Assembly: GCA_965112635.1 (NCBI GenBank)
Contig: OZ218778.1
Coordinates: 1,216,001-1,280,000, forward strand
Direction of reading: 5' to 3'
DNA from: an uncultured bacterium
GTDB lineage: Bacteria; Oederibacteriota; Oederibacteriia; Oederibacteriales; Oederibacteriaceae
Length of the DNA stretch: 64,000 nucleotides
In this document: piece by piece, positions 19,843-29,203 of the stretch
How the letters are laid out: the number at the start of each line of letters is the position of its first letter
How positions within the stretch are numbered: position 1 is the first letter of the stretch
Position numbers and translations under genes: made by a program
The notes under the pieces: model-generated
What the model was told of the DNA's origin: nothing
What the model saw: the letters and a program-made list of their open reading frames with translations, nothing else
Databases searched by the model: none

Positions 19843-20883
19843 TTGGCGGTTTTGGATCAGGCCCTCAAGGTTTGCGCTCAAAAGAAATGTTCCGACCTCC
19901 ATGTGGCGGCCGGGATCCCTCTCAAGGTCCGCTATCTGGGGGACCTGATTTCCTACGACACAGGGGCCGCGCTCAAGCCACCGCAGGTCAAAGAGCTGAT
20001 CGAGGAGATCTTGACCGAGGAACAGCGCAAGACCCTCAATGATACCCTGGAACTGGACGCCATTTACCAGACCTCGGACGGGATGCGTTTCCGCATGAAC
20101 GTCTGCTGTGAGCAGCGGGGGCTGGCCGCGGTGTTCCGCCATATCCCCCCGGAGATACGCAGTTTTACCGACCTGGGCCTGCCTGCGGTCGTGGAAAAGT
20201 TCTGCATGGTCACCCAGGGATTGATCATCGTGACCGGGCCGTCCCGCTCGGGCAAGACTGCCACGCTTGCTTCCCTGGTCGACTACATCAATACTAACCG
20301 CAACGAGCATATCATCACCATCGAAGACCCCGTGGAATACCTGCATGTGAACAAAAAGAGCATCATTTCCCAGCGCGGCCTGGGTGTCCATACCCGCAGT
20401 TTTGCCAACGCTCTAAGGGCCGCTCTGCGCGAGGACCCGGACGTCATCATGGTGGGGGAGATCCGGGACCTGGAGACCATGACCCTGGCCCTGACCGCGG
20501 CCGAGACCGGGCACGTGGTGCTGACCACCCTGCACACCTCCGGGGCTATCTCCACGGTCAACCGGGTGGTCAACCTTTTCCCGCCGGCCGAACAGGCGCA
20601 GGCGCAGACGACCTTTTCGGAATGCCTCCTGGGGATCATTTCCCAGCAGCTGATCAAGAACAATACCGCGACGGACATGGTGGCGGCCTTTGAGATCCTG
20701 GTCAACACCATGGCCATTTCCAACATCATCCGGGAGGGCGAAAGTTTTAAGATCGAAGGGATGATGCAGGTCGGCACCAAGGACGGGATGCGGCTGATGG
20801 ACCAATCCCTGGACGACCTGTTCCGGAGAGAAAAGATCAGTCCTACGGCGCGAAAAGAATTCAGCCTCAAGGAGAGCCACTGA
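19843..20883 (+). CDS. pilT: PilT/PilU-family type IV pilus retraction ATPase (variant Walker A)
   Basis: SDLH, GPSRSGKT, TIEDPVE, ALREDPDVIMVGEIRD, AETGH, TLHT, AISNIIRE. Confidence 0.85.
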   Translation: MAVLDQALKVCAQKKCSDLHVAAGIPLKVRYLGDLISYDTGAALKPPQVKELIEEILTEEQRKTLNDTLELDAIYQTSDGMRFRMNVCCEQRGLAAVFRHIPPEIRSFTDLGLPAVVEKFCMVTQGLIIVTGPSRSGKTATLASLVDYINTNRNEHIITIEDPVEYLHVNKKSIISQRGLGVHTRSFANALRAALREDPDVIMVGEIRDLETMTLALTAAETGHVVLTTLHTSGAISTVNRVVNLFPPAEQAQAQTTFSECLLGIISQQLIKNNTATDMVAAFEILVNTMAISNIIREGESFKIEGMMQVGTKDGMRLMDQSLDDLFRREKISPTARKEFSLKESH

Positions 20884-21962
20884 TGGCGATGATCGACAGG
20901 CTGCTCCAACTGATGGTCCAGCACAAGGCCAGCGACCTGCACCTCTACACCGGCCAGCCGGTCCACGCCCGCATCCACGGCAGCCTGGTGCCCCTGGAAC
21001 CGGGGAGCAAGCCCCTGAACGAGGATGAGGTCAAACTCCTGCTTTTGGAGATCGCCAGCGACGAACAGTGCGCCACCATCGCGCAAAACCTGGACTTAGA
21101 TTTCGCCTATCATATCGAGGGGGTGTCCCGCTTCAGGGTGAACTATTTTTACCAGCAGACGGGCATGGCCGCCGTATTCAGACAGATCCCGGAGCAGATC
21201 AAAAGCCTGGACGAACTGGGCTTTCCGCCTGTTTTGAAAAAACTGTCGCTTTTGAGGCGCGGACTGGTCCTGGTCACGGGCCCGACCGGGTCCGGTAAAT
21301 CCACCACCTTGGCCGCCATGATCAACGAGATCAACCATACCCGGAAGGCCCATATCCTGACCATCGAGGACCCGGTGGAGTTCGTCCACGCGCCCCTGCA
21401 GTGCAGGATCACCCAGCGCGAGGTCGGGAGCGATACCCAGAACTTCACCTCGGCCCTGCGGGAAGCCGGCCGCATGGACGCGGATGTCATCCTGGTCGGA
21501 GAGATGAGGGACCTGACCACCATCAGCCTGACCCTGACCCTCGCGGAGATGGGATCCCTGGTCTTTGCCACGGTGCACACCAACAGCGCGGCCAAGACCA
21601 TCGACCGCATCATCAACGTGTTCCCCCAGGACGAACGCGGCAAAGCGCGCATCATCCTGTCCGAAGTCCTCAGGGGCATCCTCGCCCAGCAGATCCTGCG
21701 TAAAACGGACGGCAGCGGGCGCGTGGTGGCCATGGAGATCCTGACCTTTACGGCCGCTTTACCCAACCTCATCCGCACCGGCAAGACCTCCTCGCTGGTG
21801 TCCCTGATCGACGCGGGCAAAACCGAGGGGATGCAGTCCATGGACGATTCCCTGGAAAAATTGCTCAGGGATAACGCCGTGGACGGCCGTTCCGCCTACA
21901 TGCACTCCCTGGACAAGAAGCGGTTCGAGAAATATGTCCAGGGCTCTTCCTCGATCTTTTGA
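20883..21962 (+). CDS. pilT: PilT/PilU-family type IV pilus retraction ATPase
   Basis: ASDLH, GPTGSGKSTT, TIEDPVE, VGEMRD, ATVHT. Confidence 0.88.
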   Translation: MAMIDRLLQLMVQHKASDLHLYTGQPVHARIHGSLVPLEPGSKPLNEDEVKLLLLEIASDEQCATIAQNLDLDFAYHIEGVSRFRVNYFYQQTGMAAVFRQIPEQIKSLDELGFPPVLKKLSLLRRGLVLVTGPTGSGKSTTLAAMINEINHTRKAHILTIEDPVEFVHAPLQCRITQREVGSDTQNFTSALREAGRMDADVILVGEMRDLTTISLTLTLAEMGSLVFATVHTNSAAKTIDRIINVFPQDERGKARIILSEVLRGILAQQILRKTDGSGRVVAMEILTFTAALPNLIRTGKTSSLVSLIDAGKTEGMQSMDDSLEKLLRDNAVDGRSAYMHSLDKKRFEKYVQGSSSIF

Positions 21963-21972
21963 TCCTTCCGGC

Positions 21973-22482
21973 ATGCCTTTGACCATCCAGCCCGTGGCTG
22001 GGGCTACGGCCATCCAACGCACCTCCCTGCTGGCCTGGCGCATCTGGCGCGAGTATTACCCAGGGCTCGTCGGCAGCGCCCAAGTTGAATACATGCTCAG
22101 AAAGTTCCAGTCCAAAAAAGCCATCGCCGGTCAGATCCGGAAGGGAGCCTTGTATTTCGTGATCAAGGACCCCCAAGGCCGCTGGGCCGGTTATCTGGCC
22201 GCGGAACCCAGGCCGGGGGAGCTTTTCCTGAGCAAGTTCTATGTGGCGGCGGAAAAAAGGGGCAGGGGACTGGGGCGACGGGCCATGCGATTCGTGGTGA
22301 AGCTGGCCAGAAAAATCAAAGCGCCCAAGATAGTGCTGAGCGTGAACCGGAAAAACCACTTGGCCGTGCGTTTTTACGAACGGGCCGGGTTCAAGGTCAA
22401 AAAAAGGATCAACCAGGATATTGGAAGAAATTTCTTCATGCGGGATTATGTGATGGAAAAAAGAGTCGTTAAGGTTATCTAG
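21973..22482 (+). CDS. GNAT family N-acetyltransferase
   Basis: FLSKFYV..RGRGLG, LSVNRKN..AVRFYERAGF; start uncertain (21934 or 21973). Confidence 0.85.
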   Translation: MPLTIQPVAGATAIQRTSLLAWRIWREYYPGLVGSAQVEYMLRKFQSKKAIAGQIRKGALYFVIKDPQGRWAGYLAAEPRPGELFLSKFYVAAEKRGRGLGRRAMRFVVKLARKIKAPKIVLSVNRKNHLAVRFYERAGFKVKKRINQDIGRNFFMRDYVMEKRVVKVI

Positions 22483-22903
22483 ATTTCTTGGGGTCGTCTT
22501 CGATGAATTTTTCCAGGTCGGCAAGGTCTTTTTTGTGGATGGAGACGATCTGGATGCCGTTACGGTATTTATGAGGCCCTTCCTGCTTGTCGTCGGTGAC
22601 CCAGACCACCATGGCCATCACCCGCAGAGGCTCCTGGGAGCCGGGCAGGACCATTTCCACCAAAAGGTATTTTCCGGCCTGCAAAGGCTTGCTGCTGACC
22701 ATGGCCAAACCGTTCAGGCTGATGTTATCGACACTGCTGGCCTTGACCTTTCCGGGGCTGACCGACAGGTGGTCCTTGCGGGCGGCGGCGTCCTTTAAAA
22801 GGGCCGGAACTTCTTTGTCATCCAGCGGAAGGAATTGGACTTTGAGGGAGCTTTGGACCCTTTTGTGTTTTCTCTTTTCCAGCCAACCGGTATGTCCGGC
22901 CAT
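22475..22903 (-). CDS. Stand-alone PilZ domain protein (c-di-GMP receptor)
   Basis: RxxxR (RKHKR) and (D/N)xSxxG (NISLNG) motifs. Confidence 0.82.
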   Translation of the reverse strand: MAGHTGWLEKRKHKRVQSSLKVQFLPLDDKEVPALLKDAAARKDHLSVSPGKVKASSVDNISLNGLAMVSSKPLQAGKYLLVEMVLPGSQEPLRVMAMVVWVTDDKQEGPHKYRNGIQIVSIHKKDLADLEKFIEDDPKKSR

Positions 22904-23055
22904 AGCTTTTTCTCCTGGAAGTCCAGTTTATCAAAATAGGCACATTGTTCCAATTGATAACTTTTTTCAGGGTAAACGCGGAGCGGGTCTTGGGTGAAAT
23001 CTTGCGCTCAGGCAACGAAAACACAGCCGGCCCGCACGGGAGAAGAGGCAAAACA

Positions 23056-23085
23056 TTGACAGCGCCATATAAATCAAGTAAAAAT
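23056..23085 (+). promoter_or_regulatory. Putative sigma70-type promoter of hisG-rsmA
   Basis: TTGACA at 23056-23061, TAAAAA(T) 17 nt downstream. Confidence 0.45.
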
Positions 23086-23142
23086 GATTAACTCGCAAGC
23101 TTGGGGTATTTAAAAGAGTTGGAGCATGAACCAGGAGGCATT

Positions 23143-24012
23143 ATGAAATTAAAATTGGGGTTACCCAAGGGAAGCCTGCAGGAGACCACCTTTCAGATGT
23201 TCAAAAAGGCCGGTTTCCAGGTCAGCGTTTCTTCGCGGTCCTATTTTCCGACCATCGCGGACCCTGAAATAGAACCGGTCCTGATCCGGGCCCAGGAGAT
23301 TTCCCGGTTTGTGGAAGACGGAGTCCTGGACGCGGGCCTCACCGGAGAGGATTGGATCAGGGAAAACGACTCTGATGTGGTCAGGGTGGCGGAGCTCGTT
23401 TACGCCAAGGGAGGCCTGAGGCCGGTCAAATGGGTCCTGGCAGCGCCCAACAACTCGGCTATCAAAAAAGTCTCTGACCTCAAGGGCAAAAGGATCGCGA
23501 CCGAGCTGGTCAGCGTGACCAAGGAATATTTAAAGAAGAACAAAGTCAAAGCCGAGGTGGAGTTCTCCTGGGGAGCGACCGAGGCCAAGACCCCTGACCT
23601 GGTGGATGCTATCGTGGAGCTGACGGAAACGGGCTCGTCCCTACGGGCCAATAACCTCAAGATCCTGGACGTGGTGATGGAATCCACCACCAAGCTGATC
23701 GCCAATAAAAAGGCCTGGGCCGATGTCTGGAAGAAAAACAAGGTCTCCAACCTGGCCCTGCTCCTCAAAGGCGCTTTGCTGGCCGAGGAAAAAGTGGGGC
23801 TCAAGATGAACATCCGCAAGGCCGGCCTCAAAGCGGTTTTGGATATCCTGCCGGCCATGAAAAATCCCACCGTGTCGCCCTTGAGCGACCCGGAATGGGT
23901 GGCCCTGGAAACCATCATCGACGAACGAGTGGTCCGGGATATCATCCCGCTGCTCAAAAAAGCCGGCGCCCAGGGAATTATCGAGTATCCTTTAAACAAG
24001 GTCATTCCTTAA
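23143..24012 (+). CDS. hisG: ATP phosphoribosyltransferase, long form
   Basis: ATG after AGGAGG; [30 protein letters not shown]-terminal regulatory domain (PTVSPL...GAQGIIE). Confidence 0.95.
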   Translation: MKLKLGLPKGSLQETTFQMFKKAGFQVSVSSRSYFPTIADPEIEPVLIRAQEISRFVEDGVLDAGLTGEDWIRENDSDVVRVAELVYAKGGLRPVKWVLAAPNNSAIKKVSDLKGKRIATELVSVTKEYLKKNKVKAEVEFSWGATEAKTPDLVDAIVELTETGSSLRANNLKILDVVMESTTKLIANKKAWADVWKKNKVSNLALLLKGALLAEEKVGLKMNIRKAGLKAVLDILPAMKNPTVSPLSDPEWVALETIIDERVVRDIIPLLKKAGAQGIIEYPLNKVIP

Positions 24013-24061
24013 AAGATGCTTCAGGCTGGCTAGGAACCTATTTCAATCCCAAAGGAAAACA

Positions 24062-24928
24062 ATGCCCGCGTTTTCACCCATCATGCTGGACCTTTTGAGG
24101 CGCCACGATTTTTTCATCAAAAAAAGGCTGGGCCAGAATTTTCTGGTCGACCCGCAGGTGACGAGCGATATTCTGGAGGCCAGCCGGATCCAGCCCGAGG
24201 ACGTGGTCCTGGAGATCGGGCCGGGGCTGGGAGCGCTCACGGTCGCCCTGTCGGAAAAGGCCTCCAAGGTTTACGCCGTCGAGCTGGACAGGAAGCTCTG
24301 CGAGATCCTGCGGGAGGTCCTGGTGGCCTGCCGCAACGTGGAGATCATCCAGGAGGACATCATCCACGTGGACCTGAAAAAACTGCTCAAGCCCTATCCG
24401 GCCAAGCGGGTCAAGGTCGTGGCCAACCTGCCCTACTACGTGACGACCCCCATCCTGATGAACCTTTTGGAGTCCCATCTTAAGATCGGCTCGCTGGTGG
24501 TGATGGTGCAAAAAGAGGTGGCCGAAAGGATGGCCGCCCTGCCCGGGAACAAGACCTACGGGTCGCTGTCCATCGCCGTGCAATACCACGCCCAGCCGCA
24601 GATCGTGCGTCATGTGCCTCCCTCCGCTTTTGTCCCGCAGCCCAAGGTCGATTCCAGCGTGGTCAGGATGGCGATCTATCAAAAACGCCCTTACCAACCC
24701 AAGGACGAAGAGCTTTTTTCCCTTGTCGTGCGGGGGGCTTTTGGCAAGCGCCGCAAGACCCTGGTCAACGCCCTGATCCAGGCCCCTCATTTTCCTTTTA
24801 CCAAGCCGCAATTGCTTTCCGCCCTGGAGCGGACCAAGATCGATCCCCAGCGCAGGGGCGAAACCCTGAGCATCCCGGAATTCGTGCGATTGAGCGATGC
24901 GTTGACCCGTCTGCGTTCCCTCGACTGA
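24062..24928 (+). CDS. rsmA: 16S rRNA m6(2)A1518/1519 dimethyltransferase
   Basis: KRLGQNFL, EIGPGLG, VANLPY, MVQKEVAERM, PQPKVDS. Confidence 0.96.
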   Translation: MPAFSPIMLDLLRRHDFFIKKRLGQNFLVDPQVTSDILEASRIQPEDVVLEIGPGLGALTVALSEKASKVYAVELDRKLCEILREVLVACRNVEIIQEDIIHVDLKKLLKPYPAKRVKVVANLPYYVTTPILMNLLESHLKIGSLVVMVQKEVAERMAALPGNKTYGSLSIAVQYHAQPQIVRHVPPSAFVPQPKVDSSVVRMAIYQKRPYQPKDEELFSLVVRGAFGKRRKTLVNALIQAPHFPFTKPQLLSALERTKIDPQRRGETLSIPEFVRLSDALTRLRSLD

Positions 24929-25026
24929 AAGTTCCCGAAAACCCGCCAAAACAAACTTTAACGGGGAACAAGAGAGCCATTTTTTTGTCTAATAATTAAG
25001 GGTATAATTAAAATACTGTCGGTAAA

Positions 25027-25145
25027 GCGCTTAGAATACCACGGGCTGTGTCCGTGGTTGAATAAGCGCGGATTATATAAACCGTTCCTCTCCGAGAGGA
25101 TTCCAAAGGAGGTTACTCCTTTGGTCAGCCAGCGCAGCTGGCTGA
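25027..25145. repeat. Cluster of four stem-loops (IS200/IS605-end-like or structured leader)
   Basis: GCGCTTA..ACCACGGGC/GTCCGTGGT..TAAGCGC; TCCTCT/AGAGGA; CCAAAGGAG/CTCCTTTGG; TCAGCCAGC/GCTGGCTGA. Confidence 0.6.
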
Positions 25146-25182
25146 ATGTTTTGTGGGAGCCACGGGATTAAGGCGGCAATTA

Positions 25183-28134
25183 GTGAAAAAACTGCTGATA
25201 TTATCAATATTCTTTATGCTGTTGAGTTGCCTGGCTGCTCCCGGCTTAAGAGCCGAAGTGAGATGGTGGATGGGCTGGCCAGCAGGCATCACCAACCCTA
25301 CGGGAGTGACCACCTGGGCTTACGCGACCTCCATCTACGCCTGTAATCCTTTGACCACTTCCGCCTCGCTCGCCTCCACCGTTGTGGTGACCCTGCCCAA
25401 CGGCGTTTATTACCGGAATACGGGCGTTGGCCCGGCGCCCATCATCAACTATACCGCGGGCACAGGGGTGACTACCCTGACCTGGTCTATCCCTTCCATG
25501 GCGCCAGGAACATGCCCTCCCAGCACGCCCTTTGTCACGTTCTATTTTTATGAAGGATATACTTGGGCCAACGGCACGGTCATCGGACAGAATTCCATCT
25601 TTAACAATATCGAGGCGGATTTTTCCGGGGACACCCTGGAGCCGGGTTATACTACACCATCCCCCTTCGCCCCGTCCGCAGCGACTTTTCATGTCTTTGG
25701 AAAATCCGTTTGGCCCCAATGGGTCCCCTCGGCTTTACCATATACCTATCCACCTTTCTGCAACGGAGTAACCTTACTATTAGCCTTTTCTGATTACTAT
25801 AATTTTAATAATTCAAATGGCGTGACGGTCTGGGACACACTGGCCAGTGGTACGACTTATGTAGGAGCCTATATTGGTGCTGGAGGCTGTGGATCAACCA
25901 CCCTAAATACCACCTATAATTCCGGATGCCGAGGGGACGGGACCACTTTAGTATCCTGGCTTGTTCCACCCTCCTACAGCCAGCCAGGGGATTATACGTG
26001 GATCAATTACCAGTATTCGGTGGACACCCATTATCTTTGTGGCAGTGGGCCGCTGGTATATTCTTGTGATTTTTTAAGCGATTATGCAGAAGATTTTGTT
26101 AGCTATAGTAGTTTGAACGGGCTTAGTCCAACCAATTCTGGGTCATTTTATACCCCAACTAACTCATATAGTTATGTTCAAGGCCCTACTATTACAAAGT
26201 CTTTGGCCGGCATCACAGATGCCTTGGGAAATCCTGTGTCCGGGACCAATGTCACCATCGGCGACATCGTGACCTATACCGTCACGGTTGCTTCTCCGTT
26301 CGCGCCTTCCAAAAGTGTGGTTGTCACGGATACTCTTCCCAGTGGCCTGCAATATTCTGGAAGCTTGACCAATTACACTTCGTCAGGAGGAGTGCCAACT
26401 CCCAACTTATCACAGGTAGGGCAGGTCGCTACCTGGACCTTTCCCTCTGATTTTCCCGAAGGAGGAACCTGGAGCGTGACTTTTAAGGCCCAGGTCCTCA
26501 ATAACGGATCTTTACCTGACCCTGGCCAGACCACGCTGACTAACCAATCAAACGTTACGAATGTTGATACCACAGGAACACAATGCTTTGTCAATGCTTC
26601 TGACCCTGGAGTGACCTATCAGGACAACCTGACCATCACCAAAGTGCCCGACAAGAGCGTGGTCCTGACGGGCAATACTATCAACTACACCATCACCCTG
26701 ACCAATAACGGCGGCAGGGCGGTCAATAATGTGCAGGTGTTCGACACCATCCCGGCGGGGCTGACCTATGTCAGCGCCAACCCCACGCCTAATGCCACGG
26801 TCATCAATGGCGACAATAGCACCACCATCAAATGGAATAATTTGGGAACCATTAATCCGGGAAACAACTACATCATCACGAATTCAGCCTCGGTCAATGT
26901 AGCTGATGTCTGTGGGGCGAGCCTGACCAACTATGTCCGGCCCGTATTTTACTCATCCCAGAAAACGCCGGGCGCCCCGGGGAGGAATTATTACAATGGC
27001 GTCACAGCTTCGGCCACGGTTCTGGTGGCCACCTGCACTTCCACCACTACCCCGACCTTTACCTATACCACAATTTATACGTCCACCCAGACCGTGACGC
27101 CTTCGCTGACCCTGACCAGCTCGCTGACCAGTTCTCAGACCTATACGCCGACCGTCACGGCCACCGCGACACAGACCCCCACTTATTCCACGACCCGCAC
27201 CAGCACTTTGACCAGCTCCCAGACGCTTACCTCGTCCCAGACCACCACGGCGACACAGACCGTTACCGCCACCAATACGGCCACCAGCACCCAGACCAGT
27301 TCCCAGACCTTTACCCCGACCGTGACCCTGACCGCGACCCGGAGCTACACATCCACCCTGACCTGGACCTCTTCCATGACCTTAACCTCCAGCTATACCT
27401 CGACGCAGACCTACACCTCCACGGTGACCTATACTTCGACCCAGACGCCGACCTATGCCCCGGCCAACGTGTCGCTGACCAAGGTGGCGAACAGGACGAG
27501 CGCCAGGGACGGCGACGATATCACCTATACCATCACTTACAGCAACCCCCCGTTCTTTTTTGACGCGACCAATGTGGTGATCTGGGACACCATACCGCTA
27601 AATCTGGTGAGTTATGTCAACTCGACGCCTATAGGGAGTTTCCCCAACGGTCCCGGTCTCATCGTCTGGAACCTTGTTCCGGCACCCACTCCGGTGATAG
27701 GCGGCACCCAGGGCTCGGTTTCCTTTACCGTGCAAGTGCTGCCCAATGTGCAGAGCCAGACCCTGATCCCCGACACAGCGGCCGTGGGGTTTGAGGACAT
27801 GCCGACCCCGGGATTCCCCACGCCGGTCCAGACCGTCAATATCTCCAATGAAGTGGATATCCGTGTCCTCAACGCGCCCATCGTTTTCCCGACCATCTTC
27901 AACCCCAACACCGCCATCCGGGGGACCTTAAAGGTCATGGGGATGTCCCCCAAGGGGAGCATGGAGATCTACGACGTGTCCGGGGAAATGGTCAAGGTCC
28001 TGCGGCCTGACCCTACCAACGGGACAGCGACCTGGGACGGTAAAAATGAATACGGCTCCACGGTGGCGTCAGGCCTGTATCTTTACGTGATCCTGCCCGA
28101 ATTGATCCGGGGCAAGATTATCGTCAAAAAGTAG
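25183..28134 (+). CDS. Large secreted protein: DUF11-like Ig repeats, Thr/Ser-rich linker, FlgD-Ig/T9SS-CTD-like tail
   Basis: GTG start with signal peptide MKKLLILSIFFMLLSCLAAPGLRA; repeats like ITK..GD.VTYT(V/I)T..N..V.DT(L/I)P.GL.YV; tail VFPTIFNP...IYDVSGEMVK...WDGKNEYG..VASGLY..KIIVKK. Confidence 0.8.
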   Translation: MKKLLILSIFFMLLSCLAAPGLRAEVRWWMGWPAGITNPTGVTTWAYATSIYACNPLTTSASLASTVVVTLPNGVYYRNTGVGPAPIINYTAGTGVTTLTWSIPSMAPGTCPPSTPFVTFYFYEGYTWANGTVIGQNSIFNNIEADFSGDTLEPGYTTPSPFAPSAATFHVFGKSVWPQWVPSALPYTYPPFCNGVTLLLAFSDYYNFNNSNGVTVWDTLASGTTYVGAYIGAGGCGSTTLNTTYNSGCRGDGTTLVSWLVPPSYSQPGDYTWINYQYSVDTHYLCGSGPLVYSCDFLSDYAEDFVSYSSLNGLSPTNSGSFYTPTNSYSYVQGPTITKSLAGITDALGNPVSGTNVTIGDIVTYTVTVASPFAPSKSVVVTDTLPSGLQYSGSLTNYTSSGGVPTPNLSQVGQVATWTFPSDFPEGGTWSVTFKAQVLNNGSLPDPGQTTLTNQSNVTNVDTTGTQCFVNASDPGVTYQDNLTITKVPDKSVVLTGNTINYTITLTNNGGRAVNNVQVFDTIPAGLTYVSANPTPNATVINGDNSTTIKWNNLGTINPGNNYIITNSASVNVADVCGASLTNYVRPVFYSSQKTPGAPGRNYYNGVTASATVLVATCTSTTTPTFTYTTIYTSTQTVTPSLTLTSSLTSSQTYTPTVTATATQTPTYSTTRTSTLTSSQTLTSSQTTTATQTVTATNTATSTQTSSQTFTPTVTLTATRSYTSTLTWTSSMTLTSSYTSTQTYTSTVTYTSTQTPTYAPANVSLTKVANRTSARDGDDITYTITYSNPPFFFDATNVVIWDTIPLNLVSYVNSTPIGSFPNGPGLIVWNLVPAPTPVIGGTQGSVSFTVQVLPNVQSQTLIPDTAAVGFEDMPTPGFPTPVQTVNISNEVDIRVLNAPIVFPTIFNPNTAIRGTLKVMGMSPKGSMEIYDVSGEMVKVLRPDPTNGTATWDGKNEYGSTVASGLYLYVILPELIRGKIIVKK

Positions 28135-28145
28135 GAAACCCAAAA

Positions 28146-29195
28146 ATGAACCACTGGCTACATTTCAGATCAAGGGGTCTTTTTTTCCGAACGGCTGCAC
28201 TCGCAGGGCTCCTCGCGGCAACGGCCGGGCAGACCGTCCCGCTTTACGGGGACGGCGGGCCGGGCTATACGGCCGCCAATTTTTTGAACATCGGGGCGGG
28301 CACCCGTTCCGCGGGCATGGGCGAGGCTTTTACGGCGGTCGCCAACGACGGGGAGGCCGTGGCCTGGAACGTCGCGGGCCTGTCGCAGCTGATGGCCAAG
28401 GAGATCCTTTTCATGCACTCCGAATGGGTGCAGGGGGTGCAGTACGAATATCTTTCCTACGGCCAGAACCTGAGCAACCACCAGGGGCTCGGTTTTTCCC
28501 TGGCCTACCTCCATATGGACAACATGCCCGTCATCAACGAGAGCGCGGTCACCAACCCCGGAGACATCCTGGGGTCTTCGCCGGTCATCACCAATGAGAC
28601 TGTTTCCGTCAAGGACCTGGCGGCCACCATAGCCTACAGCCGTCCTTTTTCCAACAGGCTGCTGGTGGGCGGAGCCGTCAAGTTCATCCAGCAGACACTC
28701 GTTGACCAGAGCTCCACGGACTTTGCCGCGGACCTCGGAGGGATGTACCTCAACAGGGATGCGGGATGGAGCCTCGGCGCCACGCTCTCCAACCTGGGGC
28801 CGGCCATGGCCGGCGACCCGATGCCCATGACCATCCGTTTCGGGGGAGCCCAGCGCATGCGGTTCTCGGACATGATGTCGGTCTATTCGGACAAAGAACT
28901 GGAGCCTTCCAAAAGGCGCGATATTCTGTTCACCGTAGACCTGGCGGATACGCTCAGCGAGAGCACCATCAAAACCTACCTGGGCTCGGAGTGGAGGTTC
29001 GTCTTCGACGTCCAATACGTATCCGTGCGGATGGGCTACCGGTTCGAAATGACCAAGGACGGCCAGGGGGTGGTCTCCTTCGGGCTGGGGTACGTGCTGT
29101 CGCAGGATTTCGCCGAATGGGAAGTAGATTACTGTTACGCACCCTTTACCGACCTGGGGGATACCAACCGGTTCTCCTTTGGCATAAGGTTCTAG
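28146..29195 (+). CDS. PorV/PorQ-like (UPF0164) outer-membrane beta-barrel
   Basis: ANFLNIGAGTRSAGMGEAFTAVANDGEAVAWNVAGL signature; amphipathic strands; terminal aromatic (FSFGIRF). Confidence 0.78.
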   Translation: MNHWLHFRSRGLFFRTAALAGLLAATAGQTVPLYGDGGPGYTAANFLNIGAGTRSAGMGEAFTAVANDGEAVAWNVAGLSQLMAKEILFMHSEWVQGVQYEYLSYGQNLSNHQGLGFSLAYLHMDNMPVINESAVTNPGDILGSSPVITNETVSVKDLAATIAYSRPFSNRLLVGGAVKFIQQTLVDQSSTDFAADLGGMYLNRDAGWSLGATLSNLGPAMAGDPMPMTIRFGGAQRMRFSDMMSVYSDKELEPSKRRDILFTVDLADTLSESTIKTYLGSEWRFVFDVQYVSVRMGYRFEMTKDGQGVVSFGLGYVLSQDFAEWEVDYCYAPFTDLGDTNRFSFGIRF

Positions 29196-29203
29196 GAGGG
29201 ACG

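Noticed and set aside
22904-23055. GC-rich intergenic stretch considered as riboswitch (ZTP or c-di-GMP type)
   Set aside because: Conserved aptamer sequences not found; only a partial 3' resemblance.
23084-23113. Tiny [12 protein letters not shown] upstream of hisG as possible leader peptide
   Set aside because: No His codons, no RBS, starts within the putative -10 region, and no terminator between it and hisG.
27031-27456. Repetitive ACC-rich DNA (also 43965-44220) as CRISPR or satellite
   Set aside because: No constant repeat-spacer structure; explained by Thr codons within CDSs.
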